A program made the position numbers and the translations under genes. Below, piece after piece: positions 55,882-64,000 of a stretch of DNA of 64,000 nucleotides. The notes beneath the pieces are model-generated. The model made no database searches and had not been told where the DNA came from. It worked only from the letters and a program-made list of their open reading frames with translations. Source of the stretch: Myxococcota bacterium (GTDB lineage: Bacteria; Myxococcota_A; SURF-8); the NCBI GenBank assembly GCA_965140415.1, contig OZ223209.1, positions 5,792,001-5,856,000 on the forward strand. Direction: 5' to 3'. Each line of letters begins with the position of its first letter. Within the stretch, counting starts at the first letter, position 1.

Positions 55882-57426
55882 TTACCGGTTTACCGGAGCG
55901 ACTTCAATCGGTGGGAAACTAAGAACGAAGGTGGTGCCTTTTTCCGGCTGTGAATCCACCGCGATGAATCCCTTATGTGCTTCCACCACTTTTTTCACCA
56001 CCGATAATCCCAGCCCGCTTCCCGTAATGGCGCGTGTCGCCTGACCGCGTACACGGAAAAAGCGGTCGAAGATATTGGGCAGATCCTGGGCGTCGATACC
56101 GATGCCGGAATCGCGGATTTCAATACAACCCAAACCGTTACGGATAAAGCTGCTTACCTCCACCCGGCCTTGATCCGGCGTGTACTTGATGGCATTACCG
56201 ATGACGTTCATCAGTGCGCTCTTGAAATGGTCGTGATCGGCGTACAGTTGCCAGGGCGTTTCGCTCGGGGTATAGCCAAGCTCGATTTTCTTCTTCTCCG
56301 CCTGTAGCTGCAACACATCCACCACCGAAGTAAGGATGTCATCGGCTGCCAGCACTTCGAGGTTGAACACCTCCGCCCCGGATTCGAGCTTGGACAACGA
56401 CAGCAGGTTGGCGATCATCTGCAACAGTTCCTTGATACGCACTCCCATGCGAGTCTGAAGCCGTTCACAGGACGTGCCGGTCCAGGCATCGCAACCGGCC
56501 TGCATGGCGTAGACCATCTGCTCGATACTCGCCAGCGGCGCGCGCAGATCGTGCGACACCATCGCCACGAATTCCGACTTCTGCTTGTCTATCAATTTCT
56601 GTCCTGTGATATCCTCGAACACCGTGACCGAGCCAAGCACGTCGCCACCGCCGTTCAATACTGGCGAGCATTGAGCGCGCAGGTACTGGCGCGAAATTGC
56701 ACCGGGTGCGAACTCGCGCGTAACCGCACGGCCTTCCCGAATCACCTCCTGCACCATCTCCACGGCATCATTATCGCGGATGGAGATGTCCAAAGGCTTG
56801 CCGATCAACGGATCGGTTTCGATTTGCAGCACCTTGATCGCCGCCGGGTTGTGATGCACCACCAGCCCCTCACTGTTGGTGACGAGCACCGCTTCCATCA
56901 TGCAGGCGAACACGGTTTTCAGGCGGCTTTGCTCCTCTACGATCGTTATCAGATCGTGCGCCTTTTCGCTTTTAAGTTGTTCGGTTTCGCGCTGTAAAGC
57001 GCGCTTCTGTAACGCACGATCCACCACGATGCGAATGTAGTCTGGTGTAAAGGGCTTGCCCACGAAATCGAAAGCCCCCTGCTTCATGGCCATAACCGCT
57101 TTACTGACCGTGGCGAAACCCGTGATGACGATCACCTGGATATCGGGGCGATGCTCTTTCACCCAGGCCAGCACCTCGAAACCATCGATGCCGGGCATCA
57201 TCAAATCCAGCAGCAGTACATCGAACTCCTGCTGCTGCATGCATTCGATGCCCTTGCTGCCGTTTTCGGCTTTGACAATCGTATGCCCCAAGCCTTTAAG
57301 CGAGCGTTCGCAGCCTTCTCGAATCACCTGCTCGTCATCTACGATCAGCACCCGCGCGTGCTGCGGCGTCTCGTGGAGGAGGGCGGATGTTGCGCCTTGC
57401 TGCGATGATGGTGTAGTCTGACTCAT
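55882..57426 (-). CDS. Receiver-PAS-histidine kinase
   Basis: LIVDDE, LDLMMPG, GKPF; PAS region; SHDLRAPL, NAIKY, DSGIGI, GSGLGL. Start 57426 overlaps the stop of the upstream gene. Confidence 0.92.
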   Translation of the reverse strand: MSQTTPSSQQGATSALLHETPQHARVLIVDDEQVIREGCERSLKGLGHTIVKAENGSKGIECMQQQEFDVLLLDLMMPGIDGFEVLAWVKEHRPDIQVIVITGFATVSKAVMAMKQGAFDFVGKPFTPDYIRIVVDRALQKRALQRETEQLKSEKAHDLITIVEEQSRLKTVFACMMEAVLVTNSEGLVVHHNPAAIKVLQIETDPLIGKPLDISIRDNDAVEMVQEVIREGRAVTREFAPGAISRQYLRAQCSPVLNGGGDVLGSVTVFEDITGQKLIDKQKSEFVAMVSHDLRAPLASIEQMVYAMQAGCDAWTGTSCERLQTRMGVRIKELLQMIANLLSLSKLESGAEVFNLEVLAADDILTSVVDVLQLQAEKKKIELGYTPSETPWQLYADHDHFKSALMNVIGNAIKYTPDQGRVEVSSFIRNGLGCIEIRDSGIGIDAQDLPNIFDRFFRVRGQATRAITGSGLGLSVVKKVVEAHKGFIAVDSQPEKGTTFVLSFPPIEVAPVNR

Positions 57427-57809
57427 TGCAACCAATGGTGAATCCGATCCATCAATTCCGCCGGTTCCACGGGTTTGGGAATGTAATCCTCCGCTTCGCT
57501 TTCCAGCATGTCGCGATGGGTGTAGGTGCTGGAAGAGACGTGATCGGCCACGGCGGTAAGCAGAATCACCGGAATGCGCGCGGTTTCCGGGTTGCTTTTG
57601 ATTTTGTCGCAGGCTTCATGCCCGTCCATCACCGGCATCATGACATCCAGAATCACGAGATCCGGGTGAAAGCTTTGCAATTTGTCCAGGCATTCTTTGC
57701 CGTCGTAAGCGATTTCCGTTTGGTATCCCGCCTTGTCTACCAAAGTTCGCACCGCTTCCACGAAATCGGGATCGTCATCGACCAACATTACTTTCTTTTT
57801 TTCGTCCAT
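57423..57809 (-). CDS. Single-domain response regulator
   Basis: LVDDD, LDVMMP, LLTA, PKP. Confidence 0.92.
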   Translation of the reverse strand: MDEKKKVMLVDDDPDFVEAVRTLVDKAGYQTEIAYDGKECLDKLQSFHPDLVILDVMMPVMDGHEACDKIKSNPETARIPVILLTAVADHVSSSTYTHRDMLESEAEDYIPKPVEPAELMDRIHHWLQ

Positions 57810-57859
57810 TATGCTTCCTCCTGTGAAAGTGAACGGTTAACTACCAACGCTACCTGTTT

Positions 57860-58786
57860 CTAATCGAGTTGCGGGCGCGGCAACAGTCCGGCCCGTTCGA
57901 CGATTTCATGAACCTTCTCTTCCCATTCGATTGCCATGACGTGCACCCCGTGTACGCCTTCGATCGTTTTCAGTTCCTGAATCTGCTCTACACACAGATC
58001 GATGCCGCGCTGCGGCTGCTCCTCTTTGGGTACGTCGGCAATGCGCTTGATGATTTCGTCGGGAATGTCCATCCCGGCCACCATGCGTTTCATGAACTTG
58101 GCCATTCCGGCGCTTTTAAGCGGCGTGACCCCTGCCAGAATATGAACCTTTTCGTGCAGGCCGCGCTTGCGCACGTCCTCCATGTATTTCTTGAATTTAT
58201 CCATGTTGTAGATGCACTGCGTCTGCACGAAGTCCGCCCCGGCCATGATTTTGAGTTCCAGCCTGGGAACGCGAATTTCATACGGATCGGCAAAGGGGTT
58301 GACGGCGCAGCCGATAAACAGTTTTGGCGCACCCTGGATTTCCTTGCCGGATGGGAACAGGCCTTCATCGCGCATGGTCTTGACGAGGTGGATCAACTGC
58401 ATCGAGTCGATGTCGAACACGTTTTTCGCTTCGGGGTCATCACCGAAAGTCTGATGATCGCCCGACAGACACAGCAGGTTGCGAATACCCATGGCCGAAG
58501 CGCCCAGAATGTCCGATTGCAAGGCGATGCGGTTGCGGTCGCGCACGACCATCTGCATATTGGGTTCGATGCCGTTTTCTTTAAGCAATAATGAACCGGC
58601 CATGGAACTCATACGCACCACGCTGGTCTGGTTGTCGGTGACGTTGCAGGAATCGGCGTTACCCGTAATCAGCTTGGCTTTGCGGTGAATCACTTCCGGG
58701 TCCGCGCCGCGCGGCGGGCCGCATTCCGCCGTAACGGCAAACGCTCCCGAACTCAGCACCTTTTCGAGATTACTTCCGCTTTTCAT
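57860..58786 (-). CDS. metF: Methylenetetrahydrofolate reductase, copy 2
   Basis: Paralog of 16329-17264; start MKSGSNLEK at 58786 overlaps the metV stop. Confidence 0.93.
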   Translation of the reverse strand: MKSGSNLEKVLSSGAFAVTAECGPPRGADPEVIHRKAKLITGNADSCNVTDNQTSVVRMSSMAGSLLLKENGIEPNMQMVVRDRNRIALQSDILGASAMGIRNLLCLSGDHQTFGDDPEAKNVFDIDSMQLIHLVKTMRDEGLFPSGKEIQGAPKLFIGCAVNPFADPYEIRVPRLELKIMAGADFVQTQCIYNMDKFKKYMEDVRKRGLHEKVHILAGVTPLKSAGMAKFMKRMVAGMDIPDEIIKRIADVPKEEQPQRGIDLCVEQIQELKTIEGVHGVHVMAIEWEEKVHEIVERAGLLPRPQLD

Positions 58787-59451
58787 TCCTGCATATCCTC
58801 CCTGACAATGCGCCGTGGGCCGCCGTCGCGGCTTTTTCTCCAACATTTGAAATCGCGCAGTTTGAGATAGTTGTCGAGTTGATCCAACTCTTTCAAGCGG
58901 TCGATGATCAACTGCCAGCCACAAGGAACATCTTTATCGATTTCACAGCGCCCCTGTGTGGAACCACCGCAGGGGCCATGGAAAATGCTTTTGGAACAAC
59001 GGGTTACCGGGCAGATGCCACCGGTGAGATGCAAGACGCAGTCTCCGCATGCCTGGCAGCGTTCCGACCATTCGCCCTGTTTTTCGGTCACGCCGATAAA
59101 GGTGGTATTGATAGCTGGAAGGATGGGAGTTTTTCCGAACCGTTCCGCCAGGAATTGAACGCCCGCACCGCAACCAAGCGACAACACGGCTTCGTAATCG
59201 TTTATGAAGGGGCGTAATACCTCAAGATACTCCGGGTCACACTGGCGTTCCAATGTCACTTCACGTGTCTCCAAGGGCTTACCCTCGGCCTCTCTAGCCA
59301 GTCGCAAGGTGGATGCCAGCACCTCGACTTCCTTCTCGCCACCCACCCGGCAGACCGTAACGCAGCCGAAACAACCTGCAATAAGCACCTTCTTGTACGG
59401 CTCGATCATTTTAAGAATTTCTTCCAGCGGCTTGCCACTCCCGGTGATCAT
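58783..59451 (-). CDS. metV: MTHFR small subunit, copy 2
   Basis: GCFGCVTVC, RQCD, CQACGDC, CPVTRCSK, GPCGG. Confidence 0.92.
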   Translation of the reverse strand: MITGSGKPLEEILKMIEPYKKVLIAGCFGCVTVCRVGGEKEVEVLASTLRLAREAEGKPLETREVTLERQCDPEYLEVLRPFINDYEAVLSLGCGAGVQFLAERFGKTPILPAINTTFIGVTEKQGEWSERCQACGDCVLHLTGGICPVTRCSKSIFHGPCGGSTQGRCEIDKDVPCGWQLIIDRLKELDQLDNYLKLRDFKCWRKSRDGGPRRIVREDMQE

Positions 59452-59909
59452 GGTTGCCCTTCTTTCTCGCTTGTTTCTTTCGGCGAAAGATCCTGCCGTT
59501 TTTGATTGATGATGCTGGGTCCAAGATCGGCGATATGGCTTGTCATGTCCGAAACGTGCGCCGCAAACTTTGCCCCTTCACCTGCGCTCAGGTTGTACAT
59601 GCGCACGCGCTCCGCTCCGATTCCCGCACTCTGCAACAACGCATCGGTTCGTTTGACGCGCTCTTTTGCTCGCAGGTTGCCTTTGACAAAGTGGCAGTCG
59701 CCTTCCAGACAACCGACGACCATCACGCCATCCGCGCCACTTTCAAATGCGCGCAACATCATCACCTCATCCACTCGCCCCGTACAGGGCACCATCACAA
59801 TCGAAGTGCTCTCCGGATATTGACGTCGTTCCGAACCTGCCAGGTCCGCAGCGGTATACGCTCAATGACGGCAGGCGAAGATCAGAATGTTCGGTCTGAA
59901 CTCGGTCAT
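59448..59909 (-). CDS. mvhD: MvhD, selenocysteine-containing (UGA at codon 16)
   Basis: MTEFRPNILIFACRH-TGA-AYTAADLAG...VPCTGR...GCLEGDCHF; the TGA (59862-59864) aligns with the Cys in FCCNYC of copy 1; ATG overlaps the hdrA stop; 153 aa. Confidence 0.9.
59832..59848 (-). promoter_or_regulatory. SECIS-like hairpin
   Basis: CGGACCT-GGC-AGGTTCG stem-loop; the G-first loop starts 20 nt after the UGA. Confidence 0.7.
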
Positions 59910-62900
59910 GCCCTCTCCTGTGCTTGAGGTTGAATGGATTGTTGGAACACCCGGTAGGCGTCTATTTTGGTGATCAGGTTGCGATGATCGTATACCCCCA
60001 TGTGAATCGTTCCCGCCGGACATTCCGCGACACAAATGCCGCAACCCTGACAAAGCGCCGGATTGATTTCCGCGCTGTGCTCGGCGTTGATAAACGGCAC
60101 ACCATAAGGACAGGCACGTACGCAGGTCAAACACACCGCGCAATGCTCCGGGTCTACCTGACTGACAATTCCCGAAAGACGAAGGCTCTGCTTGCTTAGC
60201 ACCGTGGCCGCTCTCGCCACCGCCGCATTCGCCTGGGAAATCGTTTCCTGCATGTTTTTCGGGCCGTGAGCGACTCCCGCCAGATACAGACCATCGCTGG
60301 CGAAATCCACCGGACGCAGCTTGGCATGCGCCTCGAAGAAAAAGCCGTGATCGTTTCGCGGCACACGCAGCATTGTGGCCAGTTCTTCCGTTTGTGCAGC
60401 TTCGATGCCAGTCGCCAGTACCAATAACGACGGACGCAGTTCGACCCGACGACGGATGGATGGATCGAGCAGTTCAATGAAGATCTTTTCTTCTTCAAAA
60501 CGCACCTGCGGCGCATTCTCGTCCGGTTCGTAACGGACAAAGTTCACGCCCAGTTGTCGTGCCTGCCGATATTTCAATTCGCTCATGCCGTAGCTGCGGA
60601 TGTCGCGGTAAAGCACGTCGATGCGCGTTTTCGGGAACCGTGTTTTGATAGCGAGGGCGTTTTTTATCGACTGATTGCAGCAGATGCGGGAGCAGTAGGG
60701 TAAATGCTGCGCATCGCGGCTACCTGCACACAATAACATCACGATCCAGGGATGCTGAAATCCCAGTTCCGGTTCCTGCTCCAGGCGCTGTTCCAAGTCG
60801 CTCTGTGTCAGCACACCCGGATGTGTACCCAGTCCATATAGCTCGGGCCTGGATTCCACTCCGCCGGTGGCGACGATGGCCGCGCCGTGCTTCAGGCTGC
60901 GCGTCACACCGGCGGGCGTCATGATCGTAGTTTCGAAATTGCCGACGAAGCCGCCATGCTCCACCACTTCCGAAGAGGCCAGAACTTGGATATTCGGTTG
61001 CTCACGCACCTCATTCACGAGTCGGGCCAGAACCGGAGCGACAGGAACGCCTTCTTCGGCCTGCTTGATCTTTTTCATTTGGCCGCCCAGCGTCGCTTCG
61101 CGTTCGATAAGATAGACGCCGAAGCCCTGCCTGGCAGCCTGCAAAGATGCCGTCATACCGGCCAAACCGCCGCCGATGACCAGCAGATGCGGATTGACTT
61201 CGAATTCATGCTCTTTTAAGGCAACGGCCTGCGCGACGTTGGATACCGCCATATGGACCAGCCGTCTGGCCTTTTCCGTCGCCCGTTCGGGTTGACCTTG
61301 ATGCACCCAACTGCAATGATCGCGAATATTGGCCATGTCGAACATGTAACGGTTCAACCCGGCCTGTCGCAGGGTTTCCTGAAACACCGGTTCATGGGTT
61401 CGCGGTGAACAGGCGGCAACCACCACATGTGTCAACTGCTGCTCATTGATAATGGTCCGCATGCGCTCCTGGGTATCCTGCGAGCAGGTATACAAAGGAT
61501 GCTCGGCATACACGACACCCGGCAAGCCCTTTGCGTAATCGACCACGTTTTCAACATCCACCACCGAGGCAATATTGATGCCGCAGTGACAGACAAAGAC
61601 GCCGATTCGTTTTTCTTCCCCGTTTTCGTTCCGTTCAGGCGGGAAGCTTTCGCGTTCGACCAGGCTGCCGCGCGCATCTGCAAGATTGGCTGCCGCCGCT
61701 GCTGCGGCGCCGCTGGCCTCACTGACGGTCTCCGGGATATCCTTGGGTCCGCTGAAAACACCCGAAACGAACACACCGGGCCGGTTGGTAGCTAACGGCT
61801 GGAAGGGATCTGTGCGGGCAAAGCCGAAGCGATCCAAGTCCACCCCCACCCGCTGTGCCAGCAGGCGAGTTTTATCCGAAATTTCCACACCGACCGAGAG
61901 CACCACCAGATCGAAGTTTTCCCGTACCTGTCCGCCGTCTTCGCCGATGTAGCGCAACTCCAGGTCGTGACTGTTGGGGTCTTCGTATACACGGCTGACC
62001 ATGGCGCGTACATAGCGTACGCCGTGATGTTCCTGCGCCCGGATGGCGTAGTCGTCGAAGTTTTTACCGAACGCACGCAGATCGATGAAAAAGATGGTGG
62101 GTTCGATATTGGCATCGTGATCGCGCGCGATTACCGCTTCCTTGGTGGCGTACATGCAGCAGACGGAAGAGCAATAGTCGCGCTCACAGGTCGTGTCGCG
62201 ACTGCCTACGCATTGTATCCAGGCGATTTTACGCGGGTGTTTGCCATCGGACGGTCGCGCCACCGTGCCCGATGTCGGACCCGAAGCGGAAAGCAGGCGT
62301 TCGAACTCGATGCTGGTCATCACGTTCTGATACACACCGTAGCCAAATTCTCCACGCCGAGCGGCGTTGAAGGTGTCGTAGCCGGGAGAAAGAATCACCG
62401 AGCCGACTTCGAAGGTTTGCAGCGACTCGCTGTGGTCGTAATGAATGGCCTTGGCGTCGCACAGGGATTGACAGGTACCGCAAGCACCGACATTCAACCG
62501 GACACAGCTTTGCTCGTCGATTACCGGTACGCGCGGAACGGCCTGTGGGTATTGGATGTAAATGGGTTTTCGCGCAGAGAGGCGTTCGTTGAATTGGCTG
62601 CGCAAGGGATGCGCTTCTTTGTTGCTTAATTGTTCGATTTTCAGAAAATCTACCGGGCATACCGACACGCAGGCCCCGCAGGCGCGACATTTTTCCCGAT
62701 CGACTTCGATTCCCTCCGCCGTGAGCAACAGTGCGCCGGTATTCATGACTTTGTCGCACATTACCTGGCATAAACCGCAGCGAAGACAATCCGCTCCTCG
62801 TTCGTCTTGCTTCGTCTCTCGTAATTTTTCGGAGCGTGCCAGTATAGCCGCGCCCATGCTACGCTGTATTTCCGGAACGTCGTCAACGCGGATAGCGTCG

Positions 62901-63565
62901 AATTTAGCAGGACAGGCCACGTAACAGGCTCCGCAGCGGATACAGGCCTGCTCGTCGATTTTCGCGACCTGCTTCTTTTCCCAGTCGATCGCTCCTACCG
63001 GGCAGCGCCTGGCGCAGGTACCGCACATGCGGCAAGCTTCTTCGTCTACCGAGAAACGCCAGCCGTAATCCGCAATGCCTTTGCGTGCACCGAAAAACGG
63101 TAATACGACTTTGTCCTTTTTAGGCTTCGAGGCTGCCTTGTTGTCATCCATTTCGGGGAAATAGGGACGATGCGTTACCGGACAGACGATTTCACATTGT
63201 CCGCAACCGGTGCAGGCATTCAGATCGACATAGCGTGGGCGTTTGCGCACCGTCACGGAAAAATTTCCCACTTCGCCTTCTACACTGACTAGTTCGCTAT
63301 AGGTGATCAGTTCGATGTTGCGATGCCGTCCCAATTCAACCAACTTGGGAGAGATAATGCACATCGAACAGTCGTTGGTTGGAAAGGTCTTGTCCAGTTG
63401 CGCCATACGCCCGCCGACCGAAGGTGACTGTTCCAGCAGGTAGACCTTGAAATCCGCATTGGCCAGATCCAAGGCGCTTTGCATACCGCTGATACCGCCG
63501 CCGACAACCAATACTGCTCCAATTGGGCGGAGGACCTCTTGTTTTGTCTGTTGCCTGGCGTCCAT
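59906..63565 (-). CDS. hdrA: HdrA-like flavoprotein (duplicated) with a polyferredoxin insert, copy 2
   Basis: GGRMAQLDKTFPTNDCSMC, several CxxCxxCxxxCP motifs in the insert, QCVGSR/CAGSR, C-terminal ferredoxin; 1219 aa. Confidence 0.92.
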   Translation of the reverse strand: MDARQQTKQEVLRPIGAVLVVGGGISGMQSALDLANADFKVYLLEQSPSVGGRMAQLDKTFPTNDCSMCIISPKLVELGRHRNIELITYSELVSVEGEVGNFSVTVRKRPRYVDLNACTGCGQCEIVCPVTHRPYFPEMDDNKAASKPKKDKVVLPFFGARKGIADYGWRFSVDEEACRMCGTCARRCPVGAIDWEKKQVAKIDEQACIRCGACYVACPAKFDAIRVDDVPEIQRSMGAAILARSEKLRETKQDERGADCLRCGLCQVMCDKVMNTGALLLTAEGIEVDREKCRACGACVSVCPVDFLKIEQLSNKEAHPLRSQFNERLSARKPIYIQYPQAVPRVPVIDEQSCVRLNVGACGTCQSLCDAKAIHYDHSESLQTFEVGSVILSPGYDTFNAARRGEFGYGVYQNVMTSIEFERLLSASGPTSGTVARPSDGKHPRKIAWIQCVGSRDTTCERDYCSSVCCMYATKEAVIARDHDANIEPTIFFIDLRAFGKNFDDYAIRAQEHHGVRYVRAMVSRVYEDPNSHDLELRYIGEDGGQVRENFDLVVLSVGVEISDKTRLLAQRVGVDLDRFGFARTDPFQPLATNRPGVFVSGVFSGPKDIPETVSEASGAAAAAAANLADARGSLVERESFPPERNENGEEKRIGVFVCHCGINIASVVDVENVVDYAKGLPGVVYAEHPLYTCSQDTQERMRTIINEQQLTHVVVAACSPRTHEPVFQETLRQAGLNRYMFDMANIRDHCSWVHQGQPERATEKARRLVHMAVSNVAQAVALKEHEFEVNPHLLVIGGGLAGMTASLQAARQGFGVYLIEREATLGGQMKKIKQAEEGVPVAPVLARLVNEVREQPNIQVLASSEVVEHGGFVGNFETTIMTPAGVTRSLKHGAAIVATGGVESRPELYGLGTHPGVLTQSDLEQRLEQEPELGFQHPWIVMLLCAGSRDAQHLPYCSRICCNQSIKNALAIKTRFPKTRIDVLYRDIRSYGMSELKYRQARQLGVNFVRYEPDENAPQVRFEEEKIFIELLDPSIRRRVELRPSLLVLATGIEAAQTEELATMLRVPRNDHGFFFEAHAKLRPVDFASDGLYLAGVAHGPKNMQETISQANAAVARAATVLSKQSLRLSGIVSQVDPEHCAVCLTCVRACPYGVPFINAEHSAEINPALCQGCGICVAECPAGTIHMGVYDHRNLITKIDAYRVFQQSIQPQAQERA

Positions 63566-63568
63566 TGC

Positions 63569-64000
63569 TTATCCTTGAAGTTCGCTCGTGAGTTCCACAG
63601 TTTGCGATAGTACCGAACCGATCGAAATCAAATGACCATTGAATCGTGTGGTATCGCTCTGTTCCGCCAAAGTGAACGCGATCAATTCCGTTGAATAGAA
63701 AACCGGCATGGGAAAAGTAGTATCTCCCGGCTTTGCTTCCGCCTGGCGGGTTTCGAGATTGGCATGGCACATGGGACAGTCCGTCACGATTGCCTGCGCC
63801 CCGCCGATGCGCGCCGCCTGTACGACGTCGTTTACAAGTTTATAGGTGATATCGGGACGGGCCATCGTCAGGCTACCACCGCAGCATTCGGTTTTGTGAC
63901 TGAAAGCGACCGGATGCCCACCCAGCGCATTGACAAGTTGATCCAAACGCTGCGGTTGTTCGAAATCCTGTGCACCGGTGACTTTGGGCGGACGCAGCGA
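63569..64000 (-). CDS. hdrB: Heterodisulfide reductase subunit B, copy 2 (3' part; truncated by the window end)
   Basis: KTECCGGSL, DCPMCHANLE, PVFYSTEL. Confidence 0.85.
   Translation of the reverse strand, partial: SLRPPKVTGAQDFEQPQRLDQLVNALGGHPVAFSHKTECCGGSLTMARPDITYKLVNDVVQAARIGGAQAIVTDCPMCHANLETRQAEAKPGDTTFPMPVFYSTELIAFTLAEQSDTTRFNGHLISIGSVLSQTVELTSELQG

Noticed and set aside
59448-59798. Truncated 116-aa MvhD or pseudogene
   Set aside because: Better explained by Sec readthrough: the TGA is at a conserved Cys position, a hairpin follows, and the start is translationally coupled.

Overview
A GC-rich bacterial window, most likely from an anaerobic deltaproteobacterial/Myxococcota-like lineage (inferred from gene content and the Cys/Asp-rich lipoproteins). 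It is dominated by Wood-Ljungdahl (WLP) genes. The carbonyl branch (small ORF-acsD-cooS-acsB-acsC-acsE, cooC, cooT) is transcribed divergently from fhs-folD. There are two separate hdr(C)BA-mvhD-metV-metF modules. Module 1 has an HdrL-type HdrA and a Cys-MvhD. Module 2 has an MvhD with an in-frame TGA plus a SECIS-like hairpin (a selenoprotein that the ORF track splits) and is followed by a two-component pair. The most unusual observations are: (i) a shared, charge-complementary strand+coiled-coil motif at the AcsD C-terminus (after a long Ala/Lys linker) and at the CooS N-terminus, a candidate docking system tethering CFeSP to CODH/ACS; (ii) an unannotated ~160-nt multi-helix element present twice (5.2 kb and 46.8 kb), with changes mostly in loops or compatible with pairing; (iii) a [4Fe-4S]-CoA-transferase-GNAT fusion whose catalytic Glu is replaced by Gln; (iv) an IS4-family element inserted with a 10-bp target duplication into a REP-like palindrome that also occurs intact elsewhere, among mosaic REP clusters. 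The window also holds DGD-motif lipoproteins, an AT-rich PLD-like gene, a carbamoyltransferase/SxtJ pair, an HdrF/FadF-like oxidoreductase, purF, ihfB and other housekeeping genes. All calls come from reading motifs by eye; no searches were run.
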